Counted from the first letter of the stretch, positions 8,232-16,622 are shown. The stretch is DNA of 39,668 nucleotides from a bacterium (GCA_046331705.1 JAXLQJ010000066.1:1-39668); one strand, 5' to 3'. Notes: generated by a model not told the origin, from the letters alone. Numbers and translations: made by a program.

Positions 8232-8332
8232 GGCCGGGCGGGAGCCCGGCCCTCCGAGTGCATGCGTATCGCGCGGGTCGGAGGGACCGCCTCCTGGCGG
8301 TCCGATGGAGGGCGGCCGGTCCCTCGGCCGCC
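8232..8332. repeat. Cluster of three GGAG-footed REP-like hairpins
   Basis: Minus 8255-8232 GGAG-GGCCGGGC-TCCC-GCCCGGCC. Plus 8280-8303 GGAG-GGACCGCC-TCCT-GGCGGTCC. Plus 8307-8332 GGAG-GGCGGCCG-GTCCCT-CGGCCGCC. Confidence 0.8.
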
Positions 8333-8397
8333 AGAGCGTGATTGGCCGTTGGTGAGATGACCCCGCCGATTTCGCGCGAGTTCCGTTCCGCGAAACA

Positions 8398-8418
8398 TCG
8401 AAGCGGCATGCGCTTCGA
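8398..8418 (-). terminator. Hairpin downstream of vapC, possible terminator
   Basis: TCGAAGCG-GCATG-CGCTTCGA perfect 8-bp stem; only a weak T-tract follows on the minus strand. Confidence 0.35.
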
Positions 8419-8447
8419 ACGCGTCCCGGGGCTTGTATGCCTCCGGC

Positions 8448-8831
8448 TCAGATGCGGACGATCTGCGGCAGATGGTCGAAGTGTCTGTCCCGCGCGTGGA
8501 GGGCGAGGTTGTGTTGTAGCACCAGCGCCGCTATCCACAGGTCGTTCGTGGGTATCGGCGTGCCCTGCGCGCGGAGCTGGCGGAACAGGTTGGCGTAGTG
8601 GTGTGTGGTCTGATCGTCGGCGAAGAGCACCTGCACGCCATCCTTGAGCAGGAATCGCCTCAGCACCCGTTCGTTCTCGGTGCCACGCCGGCCGAGGGCG
8701 AAGCCGGCGCGCAGCTCGGCCACGACCACGAATGGCACCGCCACCACATCGGCGGTCGCAATCAGGCGGAGCGTGGGTTCGACCCCTTTACAGAGGTCGA
8801 CGTAGCGATTGGTGTCGAGGGCGAGCTTCAC
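8448..8831 (-). CDS. vapC: VapC PIN-domain toxin
   Basis: LALDTN, VVAELRAG, GTPIPTNDLWIAALVLQHNLAL..RDRHF. GTG start overlaps the antitoxin TGA (GTGA). Confidence 0.93.
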   Translation of the reverse strand: MKLALDTNRYVDLCKGVEPTLRLIATADVVAVPFVVVAELRAGFALGRRGTENERVLRRFLLKDGVQVLFADDQTTHHYANLFRQLRAQGTPIPTNDLWIAALVLQHNLALHARDRHFDHLPQIVRI

Positions 8832-9070
8832 TTCCAGCGCGCGCGGTCCACTCGATCCTGAGCGGCGAGCGCGGCATCGAAGGTGGGATCGTCTGCCCAG
8901 GTGCCCGCGATGTCGCTCAGATCGCGAACGGGCATGTCGCTCTTCTCGACACCGAGCCCGCTGGCAAGAGCCTCGACAGCCACCTGATTCAAGCTCTGTC
9001 CGCGGGCGCGAGCCCGTTTGCGGATGGCCTTGTCGACGGTCCGCGGCACCTTTCTGACCGTGTATTGCAT
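8828..9070 (-). CDS. Antitoxin, FitA/VapB-like ribbon-helix-helix
   Basis: MQYTVRKVP..VDKAIRKRARARGQSLNQVAVEAL..G; C-terminal DLSDIAGTW; translationally coupled to vapC. Confidence 0.85.
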   Translation of the reverse strand: MQYTVRKVPRTVDKAIRKRARARGQSLNQVAVEALASGLGVEKSDMPVRDLSDIAGTWADDPTFDAALAAQDRVDRARWK

Positions 9071-9105
9071 GCATGCACTCTAGGAGATGCCTGCATGTGG
9101 CGCAA
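9066..9105 (-). promoter_or_regulatory. Leaderless vapBC promoter with palindromic operator
   Basis: TTGCGC(9105-9100)-N17-TAGAGT(9082-9077)-N6-ATG(9070). Perfect palindrome TGCATGCATGCA 9066-9077 and related ATGCCTGCAT 9087-9096. Confidence 0.7.
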
Positions 9106-9159
9106 GCACACCAAGCCACGGCCGGGCACGAGCTCGGCCGGGCGTGGCGTCGTCGAGAA

Positions 9160-9188
9160 GATGGAGGGCGGCCGGTCCGTCGGCCGCC
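9160..9188 (+). repeat. Fourth GGAG REP-like hairpin; 29-bp direct repeat of 8304-8332
   Basis: GATGGAGGGCGGCCGGTCCGTCGGCCGCC, one mismatch to 8304-8332. Confidence 0.85.
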
Positions 9189-9206
9189 CGTGGTGCGCCC
9201 GCTCGC

Positions 9207-10412
9207 TCAGCGCAGCTCGGAGCTGCTCTTGCCCAGGAGGCGGCGCGCGACGACCAGCAGCTGGATCTGCTGGGTGCCCTCGAAGATGTCGAGGATCTTC
9301 GAGTCGCGCGCCCACTTCTCCAGCAGCTCGCGCTCCGCGTAACCGGCGCTGCCGCAGAGCTCGACACAGCGCAGCGTGATGGCGTTGGCCACGCGGCCGG
9401 CCTTGGCCTTGGCCATGGAGGCTTCCATGGAGTTGGGCTTGCCGTTGTCGGCCATCCACGCGGCGCGCCAGGTCAAGAGCCGCGCGGCTTCCAGCTCGGC
9501 TTCCATGCGCAGCAGCTCGGCGCCGGCGGCGCTCTGATTGAACGTGGCGGTCTCGTAGCGCGGCTCGACGCCTTCCTTGGCGAGCAGCTCGCGGGTGAGA
9601 TCGAGCGACGCCCTCGCCACGCCGATCGCCATGGCGGCCACCACCGGGCGGGTGTTGTCGAAGGTCTGCATGACGCCGGCGAAGCTCTTCTCGGTGTCGA
9701 TCTCCGGGCTGCCCAGGATGTTGTCCTTCGGGATCCGGCAGTCGGTGAACATGATGGTGGCGGTGTCGGAGGCGCGGATGCCGAGCTTCTTCTCGAGCCC
9801 CACCATCTGCATGCCGGGCGTCCCCTTCTCGACCACGAACGATTTGATGGCGGCGCGCCCGCGGCTCGGGTCGAGCGTCGCCCACACCACCACGGCGTCG
9901 CAGCGCTCGCCGGCGGTGACGAAGATCTTCTGGCCGTTGAGCACCCAGTGGTCGCCGTCGAGGCGCGCGGTGGTGCGGATCGCGGCGGAGTCGGAGCCGG
10001 CCTCGGGCTCGGTGATCGCCATCGACGCCCACTTGCCGGCGAAGCGCTTGCGCTGCTCGTCGGTGGCGACGGCGCTGATCGCCGAGTTGCCGAGCCCCTG
10101 ACGCGGGATCGTGAGCGCCAGCCCCACGTCGCCCCAGCAGAGCTCGGTGAGGCCGAGCACGGTCGCCATGTTGCTGCCGTTGCGCACGCCGCTGCCGTCG
10201 CCGCTCTTCTCGCGGCGAAGCTGGTCGGCGCCCACCTCGGTGCCGCCCGCCTCGTTCATGCCTTCCATGAGCGCCGCGAGCATGTCGAGCTCCACCGGAT
10301 AGGTGTGCTCGGCGAGGTCGTACTTGCGCGAGATGGGGCGGAAGAAGTTGGCCGCCACCTGATACGACTGCTCGACGAACGCGCGGAATTTCCTGGGGGT
10401 CTCGAGATTCAT
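9207..10412 (-). CDS. Acyl-CoA dehydrogenase (FadE23-like)
   Basis: MAITEPEAGSD, LNGQKIFVT, KKLGIRASDT, EKWARDSKILDIFEGTQQIQ; N-terminal RPISRKYDLAEHTYPVELD; AGAGGA SD. Confidence 0.93.
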   Translation of the reverse strand: MNLETPRKFRAFVEQSYQVAANFFRPISRKYDLAEHTYPVELDMLAALMEGMNEAGGTEVGADQLRREKSGDGSGVRNGSNMATVLGLTELCWGDVGLALTIPRQGLGNSAISAVATDEQRKRFAGKWASMAITEPEAGSDSAAIRTTARLDGDHWVLNGQKIFVTAGERCDAVVVWATLDPSRGRAAIKSFVVEKGTPGMQMVGLEKKLGIRASDTATIMFTDCRIPKDNILGSPEIDTEKSFAGVMQTFDNTRPVVAAMAIGVARASLDLTRELLAKEGVEPRYETATFNQSAAGAELLRMEAELEAARLLTWRAAWMADNGKPNSMEASMAKAKAGRVANAITLRCVELCGSAGYAERELLEKWARDSKILDIFEGTQQIQLLVVARRLLGKSSSELR

Positions 10413-10476
10413 CGCCACGTCCTCTGGGATGCGCCGCGCCGACCGTTCGGCGCGCACGATCGGGATTGCGACACGC

Positions 10477-11793
10477 TCACACCAAGAGCCCGCCCTCGGC
10501 GATGCCGATGGCGCGCAGGTGGCGATACCAGAGCTCGACCGGGTGCTCCTTCACGAAGCCGTGCCCGCCGAGCAGCTGCACGCCGTTGGTGCCGATCTCC
10601 ATGCCTTTCTCGGCGGCCAGCGACCGTGCCAGCGCGGCCTCGCGACGGAAGCTCTGGCCGTGCTCGGCGCGGCTCGCGGCGCGGTAGAGCACCAGCCGCA
10701 GGCCGTCGAGCTCGATGGCGATGTTGGCGATCAGGAACGCCACCGACTGGCGGTTGGTGATCGATTCGCCGAACGCGACGCGCTCGTTGCAGTACGGCAC
10801 CACGTAGTCGAGCACCGCTTGGCCCGCGCCCACGGCCATCGCGCTCCACGCCATCCGCGCGCGGTCCACCACGCTGCCGTAGTCGAGCGCTGGTTCGTTC
10901 CCGCCCAGCAGCGCGTCGCTCGGAAGCGCCACGTCGTGGAAGCGAAGCCGCCCGAGATCGGCGGCGCGCAAACCCATCGATGGATCGGGCTCGATCGCGA
11001 GCCCCGCTGCGGCGCGCTCCACCAGGAAGAGCCGCGGGCCCGCGCCTTCGAGCTCGGCGGCAACCAGGAAGAGCGGTGCCGACTTGCTCCACGGCACCAT
11101 CGACTTCTCGCCGCTCAGCACGAAGCCGTCGGCGTTGCGCCGCGCTTTCGTGGCGAGCTTGGCCGCGTCGAAGAGCGGCCGGGGCTCGACCAGCGCGAAC
11201 GCCGCGGGGAAGGGCTTTGCCTCGGCGAAGGCCGCCAGGTACTTCGCTTGCTGCGCCGCGGTGCCGCCGTCGACCAGCGCATGGATCACCGCCAGCGGCG
11301 CGGCCGCGGCGAAGGCGAGCCCCATGTCGCCGCGCGCCAGCTCCTCGAGCACCAACGCGTTCGTGAGCGGCGAGCGCTCGCCGCCCATGCCGCCGAGCGC
11401 CTCGGGGATCGCCAGCAGCCGCACGCCCAGCTCGTCGAAGCGTTGCAGGAAGTCCGCGGGAGGCGCGCACGCCTCGTCGGCCTTGGCGGCCGCCGGGCGC
11501 ACCACTTCGTCGGTGAACTGCCTCACCGACTCGCGGATCATCGTCTGCTCTTCGCTGAGGTTCAGGTCGAAGAGATCCGGCCGCTTGGCCGACGCCGGCA
11601 AGCGCTCGGGCGTGGCGCGCGCCTCACCCGGCTTGAACGCGCGCGCGGCCACCGCCGCGCCCTGGAAGGCCGCTTTGGCGCCGCGCCGCAAGAGCTGCTC
11701 GGCCGGCTTTCGAAGCCCCCATCGTTCCGCCAGATCCGAGCCGGCGAACCAGCCCAACACCCGCAGGGATACCCCCATCGCTCGCGCCATCAT
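10477..11793 (-). CDS. Acyl-CoA dehydrogenase (FadE24-like)
   Basis: LFDLNLSEEQTMIRE, ELARGDMGLA, RVAFGESITNRQSVAF, GVQLLGGHGFVKEHPVELWYRHLRAIG. Start approximate. Confidence 0.92.
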   Translation of the reverse strand: MMARAMGVSLRVLGWFAGSDLAERWGLRKPAEQLLRRGAKAAFQGAAVAARAFKPGEARATPERLPASAKRPDLFDLNLSEEQTMIRESVRQFTDEVVRPAAAKADEACAPPADFLQRFDELGVRLLAIPEALGGMGGERSPLTNALVLEELARGDMGLAFAAAAPLAVIHALVDGGTAAQQAKYLAAFAEAKPFPAAFALVEPRPLFDAAKLATKARRNADGFVLSGEKSMVPWSKSAPLFLVAAELEGAGPRLFLVERAAAGLAIEPDPSMGLRAADLGRLRFHDVALPSDALLGGNEPALDYGSVVDRARMAWSAMAVGAGQAVLDYVVPYCNERVAFGESITNRQSVAFLIANIAIELDGLRLVLYRAASRAEHGQSFRREAALARSLAAEKGMEIGTNGVQLLGGHGFVKEHPVELWYRHLRAIGIAEGGLLV

Positions 11794-11871
11794 CGTGGGC
11801 TCCTCGATCGATACTCGCGACGCGGGAAGCGCGCTCGATGGCGCGCTTCCCGCGTGGTTAGTCCCCGCATA

Positions 11872-12129
11872 CTACGCCGCGTGACGGCGTGGCGGCACGT
11901 TGCTGGGATGGAACCGACGCGTATGCCCCGGACGAGCGAGCCGGAACACCCGCGCCGAATGCGTGGGTGTCCGCAGAGATGCGAACTTCGCGGCCACGTC
12001 CCGGAACGGATCCAGCTCGGCGGCGCCCGCCTCGACGGCCCACCGCGGCGCGAAGTACTCCCAGCGCTCCACCATGCCGGCGCCGATCTGGGCGCCGATC
12101 GCGTTCCATCGACTCGAAAGCGACTTCAT
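11872..12129 (-). CDS. Small hypothetical protein (85 aa)
   Basis: Strong SD GGAGGAGG just before ATG 12129; lies between a near-consensus promoter and the fadE pair. Confidence 0.55.
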   Translation of the reverse strand: MKSLSSRWNAIGAQIGAGMVERWEYFAPRWAVEAGAAELDPFRDVAAKFASLRTPTHSARVFRLARPGHTRRFHPSNVPPRRHAA

Positions 12130-12196
12130 GAGACCTCCTCCCGGGCTCGCTTCGGTGGCGTTCCTCGCCCCGACCAGCGGCCCACACTTCAAGCAC

Positions 12197-12224
12197 AATT
12201 TAATGTGACACCATTTGATGTCAA
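12197..12224 (-). promoter_or_regulatory. Sigma70-type promoter overlapped by a palindromic operator
   Basis: TTGACA(12224-12219)-N16-TAAATT(12202-12197) in an AT-rich patch. Palindrome TGACACCA-TT-TGATGTCA at 12206-12223. Confidence 0.7.
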
Positions 12225-12398
12225 TATGCTTGAGCGAAATCCTCTCGCCGCGCCACCGCGGCGCCGAAAACGATCGATGAAACAGGGGCTTGAGGCGGGC
12301 TACGCTGCGCGTTCGTGGGCTGCGGCCCGAGTGTGCGGACGCGCCGGCCGCGTTTCGCGAGCACTCGGGCAGGCGCTCCGGGAAGGCGCGAGGCGGCG

Positions 12399-13202
12399 AT
12401 GACGAGCACGCGAGTGGTGGTGGTGAGCGGAGCGGCGGGTGGGATCGGGCTCGCCATCGCGCGGGGATTCGCGGCCGAGGGAGCCGCGGTGGCGTTGCTC
12501 GACATCGACGGCGCGGCCGCCCAGCGCGCCGCCGATTCGCTCGCGGGCGAGGGGATGAGCGCGCGAGCCTGGGCGTGCGACGTCACGGATCGGGACGCGG
12601 TGCGCGCCGTCGTCGATTCGATCCGCGAGCAATGGGGCGGGGTCGACGTGCTGGTCGCCAACGCGGGCATCTCGCATCGCAGCCTCGTCGCGCGCACCGA
12701 GGTGGCGGTGATCGAGCGGGTGATGGCGGTGAATTTCTTCGGCGCGGTCCATCTGACTTCCGCGGCGCTCGCGAGCATCGTCGAGCGGCGCGGGGTGATC
12801 GTGGCCATCTCGAGTGTCGCGGGGCTCGCGCCGCTCGTGGGTCGCGCCGGCTATGCCGCGAGTAAGCACGCGCTGCACGGGTTCTTCGGATCGCTGCGCG
12901 CCGAGCTGCGCGGAAGCGGCGTGACCGTGACGCTGGTCTGCCCCTCGTTCGTCGATTCGGGCATCGACGCCCACGCGCTCTCGGGCACGGGCGGACGAAT
13001 CGCCGGCGCGAAGCAGGTCGTTGGCCGCCTGATCGCACCGGACGACGTGGCGAGGGCGGTGGTGGAGGCCGTGACGAAGCGCCGCGAGCTCGTGCTGGTG
13101 GGGCGCGTGGCGGTGCTCGCGCGCTGGCTGAGCGCGCTCGCGCCGCGCTTCTACGAGGGGCTCATGCGCTCGCGTCAGGGTGGCGAGTTCGGGTTGAGCT
13201 GA
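12399..13202 (+). CDS. Short-chain dehydrogenase/reductase
   Basis: SGAAGGIG, CDVTD, VDVLVANAG, ISS, YAASK. Confidence 0.93.
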   Translation: MTSTRVVVVSGAAGGIGLAIARGFAAEGAAVALLDIDGAAAQRAADSLAGEGMSARAWACDVTDRDAVRAVVDSIREQWGGVDVLVANAGISHRSLVARTEVAVIERVMAVNFFGAVHLTSAALASIVERRGVIVAISSVAGLAPLVGRAGYAASKHALHGFFGSLRAELRGSGVTVTLVCPSFVDSGIDAHALSGTGGRIAGAKQVVGRLIAPDDVARAVVEAVTKRRELVLVGRVAVLARWLSALAPRFYEGLMRSRQGGEFGLS

Positions 13203-13290
13203 GCTCGTCGCTCCGCACGCCGTGGGCGCGTATGCTCGGGCGCTTCGCGCGCGCCGGGATCGACCGCCGGCCCCACGCCACGATCGTGCG

Positions 13291-14559
13291 ATGACGCCTC
13301 CGACCCTTCTCGATCGGGATCGACCCGGCCCCGAGAGCGGCGCGCACGCCGGCGACGTGCGACTGCCGGCGCTCGACGTGCTGCGCGCCGTGGCGGTGAT
13401 CGCCGTGCTGGGCTCGCATTTCCTCTTTCTCGGCAATCTCGATCGCCTCGCCGAGGTGCTTCCCGCGCCGGTGCTCGGCTCGCTGCGCGTCTGGGAGCGC
13501 GCCGGCTGGATGGGCGTCGATCTCTTCTTCGTGCTGAGCGGCTTCCTGGTCTCGGGGCTGCTCTTCCGCGAGCACGCGCGCTACGGCGCGGTCGACGGCA
13601 AGCGCTTCTTCTTGCGGCGCGGCCTCAAGATCTACCCGGCCTTCTATCTCTTCTTCGCGATCGGCGCGCCGCTGATCGCGAAGGTCGCGGACCCGGTGCG
13701 CCCGGTCGTCTACTGGGTGCGCTTCGTCGGCGAGCTGGTCTTCATGCAGAACTACTACGCCAGCATGTGGCCGCACACGTGGACGCTGGCGGTGGAGGAG
13801 CACTTCTACTTGCTGCTGCTGGCGCTGGTCCTGGTGCTGGTGCGGCGCGCGCGCCAGCGCGGCGCCGCGGACCCGTTCCAGGCGATCCCGCGGCTCTTCG
13901 CGTGGGTCGCGATCGGCGCGCTGGCGAGCCGGATCTACCTGGCGCGGGAGGTGCTCCGCACCGGCGACGCCGATCTCGAGAACCGCATCCTGGTGTGGAC
14001 GCACACGCGCATCGACTCGCTCTTCTTCGGCGTGGTGATCGCGTACTTCTGGCACCGCTACCCGCAGCGGACCCGGGCCTGGGTGAAGCGAGCGCGGCCC
14101 GGTCTGCTCGTGCTGGCGGTGCTCGGCGTGATCCCGAGCATGGCCGTGCCGCGCACCGATCACCTCGTGATCTCGACCGTCGGCTTCACGCTTCAATACC
14201 TGGCGTTCGGCGCGTGGCTGGTGCTGACGCTGCTGTGGGGCGAGGGCGAGCACCGCTTGGGGATCTGGAGGGCGGTGTCGCGCCTCGCGGCGATCGGCAG
14301 GCACTCGTACTCGATCTACCTCTGGCACATGATGGTCGCGACGTTCGGCGTCCACTTCTTCCGCGTGCTGACCGGTCGCGCCGATCGGCTCGGGATCGAG
14401 ATCGTCTTCTATCTGGTCACGAGCGTGGTGCTCGGGATCGTCATGTCGGTGGTCGTCGAGCAGCCGGTGCTGAAGCTGCGCGAGCGCTGGTTCCCGTCGC
14501 GCAGCGGCTCCGTCACCGCTGCGGCGCGTGGCGCGGCGAGCGCAAGTTCGCCGGGTTGA
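13291..14559 (+). CDS. Acyltransferase family 3 (OafA-like membrane O-acyltransferase)
   Basis: LDVLRAVAV, GVDLFFVLSGFLV, FFLRRGLKIYP, HTWTLAVEEHFY, GRHSYSIYLWH, VEQP; multiple TM helices. Confidence 0.93.
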   Translation: MTPPTLLDRDRPGPESGAHAGDVRLPALDVLRAVAVIAVLGSHFLFLGNLDRLAEVLPAPVLGSLRVWERAGWMGVDLFFVLSGFLVSGLLFREHARYGAVDGKRFFLRRGLKIYPAFYLFFAIGAPLIAKVADPVRPVVYWVRFVGELVFMQNYYASMWPHTWTLAVEEHFYLLLLALVLVLVRRARQRGAADPFQAIPRLFAWVAIGALASRIYLAREVLRTGDADLENRILVWTHTRIDSLFFGVVIAYFWHRYPQRTRAWVKRARPGLLVLAVLGVIPSMAVPRTDHLVISTVGFTLQYLAFGAWLVLTLLWGEGEHRLGIWRAVSRLAAIGRHSYSIYLWHMMVATFGVHFFRVLTGRADRLGIEIVFYLVTSVVLGIVMSVVVEQPVLKLRERWFPSRSGSVTAAARGAASASSPG

Positions 14560-15637
14560 GCAACGAGCCCACGATGCTCGGGTAGGCCTCGCAGGGCGTC
14601 CAGCACTGCGGGCAATCGCCCTCCCAGATCTCCCGCTGCAGCGCCACCGTCGCGGGCCGCCGCCACAGCGCGCCGAGGTCGTAGTCCGCGTCGCGCACGT
14701 TGCCGAGCGGGCGGTCGTAGATGCTGCACGGATGGACGACGCCGTTGGGATCGAGGAAGCACGACGAGCGCAGCGCGTGACAGTGGATCGGCGTGCGCCG
14801 GGAGTCGAGGAAGCGCTCCACGCGTCGCAGGTATTCGTGCTCGAGGAATGCCACGGGATGGATCGGCGCGCCGCGCTGGCCGCGGAAGAGGCGCAAGTCG
14901 GCGCGGATCCGCGGCTCGGCGTCGCCCACGAGATCCACGTCCTGGTTGCCGAAGTAGTGAGCGGAGCGGTGCGCCACGTTCACGTGGAAGTCGTCCCAGG
15001 TGAGCGTCGGGACCTCGCGGCGCGCGGCGTCGAAGCATTCGGCGAGGCGACCGGCGTTGTGCCGCGAGAGCGTGAAGCCGAGCACGACGTCCACGCCGTC
15101 GATCTCGCGCAGCCGCCGAAAGGTTTCCATCTGGCGGCGCCAGCCGCCCTGGATGCCGCGCACCTCGTCGTTGAGCGCTTCGTCGCCGTCGACGCTCACC
15201 GTCAAGATGAGCTTGGCGGGTGCCCAGCTCGCGATGGTGCGGGTGCCCGCGACGATCGCGTCGGTCAGGTAGCCGTTGGTGGGGAAGTGAAGCAGCAGCA
15301 GACGCGAGCAGCTCGACAGGATGGCGTCGACGATGTGGAGAAAGTCCTTGCGCAGGAACACCTCGCCACCGGTGAGGTCGATCCACGAGAAGTCGCTCGA
15401 CTTCGCGAAGAGTCGCCGGATCTCGTCGAGCGAGAGCTCGCCGCGCGGCTGGCGGCGCCAGATCTCGCAGGTCTTGCAGCCGTAATTGCACCAGTACGTG
15501 AGCGCGTACGTGAGCTTCATCGGGAACGCGAGCCGCCGGAAGCTCGCCTCGGCGGCGTTGCGGGCGAGCGCCGCGTAGACGCGCGGCAGACTCTTCCGCG
15601 AGCTCGGGCGCGCCTCGCGCTCGCTGTTTCGTGTCAT
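14513..15637 (-). CDS. Radical SAM protein with SPASM/twitch-like C-terminus
   Basis: CNYGCKTC, LTGGEVFLR, TNG, SVDG...DEVRG, C...DPNGVVHPC..LGN..CPQCWTPC. Confidence 0.9.
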   Translation of the reverse strand: MTRNSEREARPSSRKSLPRVYAALARNAAEASFRRLAFPMKLTYALTYWCNYGCKTCEIWRRQPRGELSLDEIRRLFAKSSDFSWIDLTGGEVFLRKDFLHIVDAILSSCSRLLLLHFPTNGYLTDAIVAGTRTIASWAPAKLILTVSVDGDEALNDEVRGIQGGWRRQMETFRRLREIDGVDVVLGFTLSRHNAGRLAECFDAARREVPTLTWDDFHVNVAHRSAHYFGNQDVDLVGDAEPRIRADLRLFRGQRGAPIHPVAFLEHEYLRRVERFLDSRRTPIHCHALRSSCFLDPNGVVHPCSIYDRPLGNVRDADYDLGALWRRPATVALQREIWEGDCPQCWTPCEAYPSIVGSLLNPANLRSPRHAPQR

Positions 15638-15719
15638 CTCCGTCGCGCCCGCCCGGCGAGAACGTAACCCGCCGCGGAGGCGCCGCGGGACGCGCCGCGC
15701 GCGCTCGGCCGGAACGAGC

Positions 15720-16622
15720 TCAGGCGGCTTCGGAGGACGAGCCCGCCGGTGACGTGCCCGGCGGCACCAAGCCGGCTTCGAGGAGTCGCGCACGCGCCAT
15801 GCCCAGCCCGATCCGCGCCGTGGGGCCGAAGGTGTCCGGGAAGAGCGTCAGCTCGACGCGCAGCTCCGTGCCGCGGAACGGCACGGCGATCGGCGCCACC
15901 TGGCGCCAGCCGCGCACCTCGGGCACGTCGAGACCCGCCGCGAGCCTGAGCCGCGCGATGAGCGGTCGATGGAAGAAGACCCCGAGCTGGGTCAGCTCGA
16001 AGCTGTCTCGCGCCATCTCGCAGCGCACGATCAAGAAGAGCGGCGTGCGCTCGATGACGAGGTGTGTCGCGCCGGCGAGCATTCCGTCCCGGATCCAGTT
16101 GCAGATCAGGAGGTCGAGCGCGTGGCCGGTATCCTGGACCGGCTCTTGGATCACCGCGGGCGGGGTGCTCGGCCGCGTCGAGAGCACGGGTAGCGTGGTC
16201 TCGATGGGATAGATGCGGTCGAGCGCTCGCGCCACCGCCGGATCCGTCGCCAGGCAGCTCTCGACGCGCATGCCGGTGACCGCCTCGAGCTCGCCCACGG
16301 CCGTGAGGTCGTTGGGGTCGGCCATCGCGACGACGAGCCGATCGCTCTTCATCGCCACCGCCACCGCGCTGGTGCGTCGCGCCACCCGTGCCGGCACTCG
16401 GCCGAGCGCGCGCGGATCGAGGTTCCGCTCGTCGAGGGTGATGGGCCGCGCCTGGACGAGCGGCGCCATCACGCGCAGGAACCCGGCCTCCTCGAGGTAG
16501 CCGAGGCGGATCAGGAGCCCGCCGATCCGGCCCCCGTCGTCCTGCTGCCACCACACGGCGCGGTCGACGTGGAAGGGCGTCACCAGCCCTTCCTCCACCA
16601 AGAGCTCACCGAGCTTCTTCAT
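15720..16622 (-). CDS. MshEN/GspE-PilB N-terminal domain protein lacking the ATPase domain
   Basis: KLGELLVEEGLV..Q...GGRIGGLLIRLGYL (MshEN-like). LVVAMADPNDL (T2SSE_N). Degenerate N2D: GATHLVIE..IARLRLAAGLDV..LFPDTFG. No Walker A. Confidence 0.8.
   Translation of the reverse strand: MKKLGELLVEEGLVTPFHVDRAVWWQQDDGGRIGGLLIRLGYLEEAGFLRVMAPLVQARPITLDERNLDPRALGRVPARVARRTSAVAVAMKSDRLVVAMADPNDLTAVGELEAVTGMRVESCLATDPAVARALDRIYPIETTLPVLSTRPSTPPAVIQEPVQDTGHALDLLICNWIRDGMLAGATHLVIERTPLFLIVRCEMARDSFELTQLGVFFHRPLIARLRLAAGLDVPEVRGWRQVAPIAVPFRGTELRVELTLFPDTFGPTARIGLGMARARLLEAGLVPPGTSPAGSSSEAA

Larger units (their letters stand above)
4328..9206. mobile_element. Accessory/defence-type islet (NACHT gene + higBA + vapBC) bounded by an 8-bp direct repeat
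   Basis: CCGCTCGC at 4328-4335 directly follows the lipocalin TAG. The same 8-mer at 9199-9206 directly abuts the stop of the convergent acyl-CoA dehydrogenase. No mobility gene inside. Confidence 0.55.

Noticed and set aside
4328-9206. Integron cassette array or CRISPR array
   Set aside because: No attC-type RYYYAAC/GTTRRRY boxes, no intI, no regularly spaced identical repeats and no cas genes were seen.
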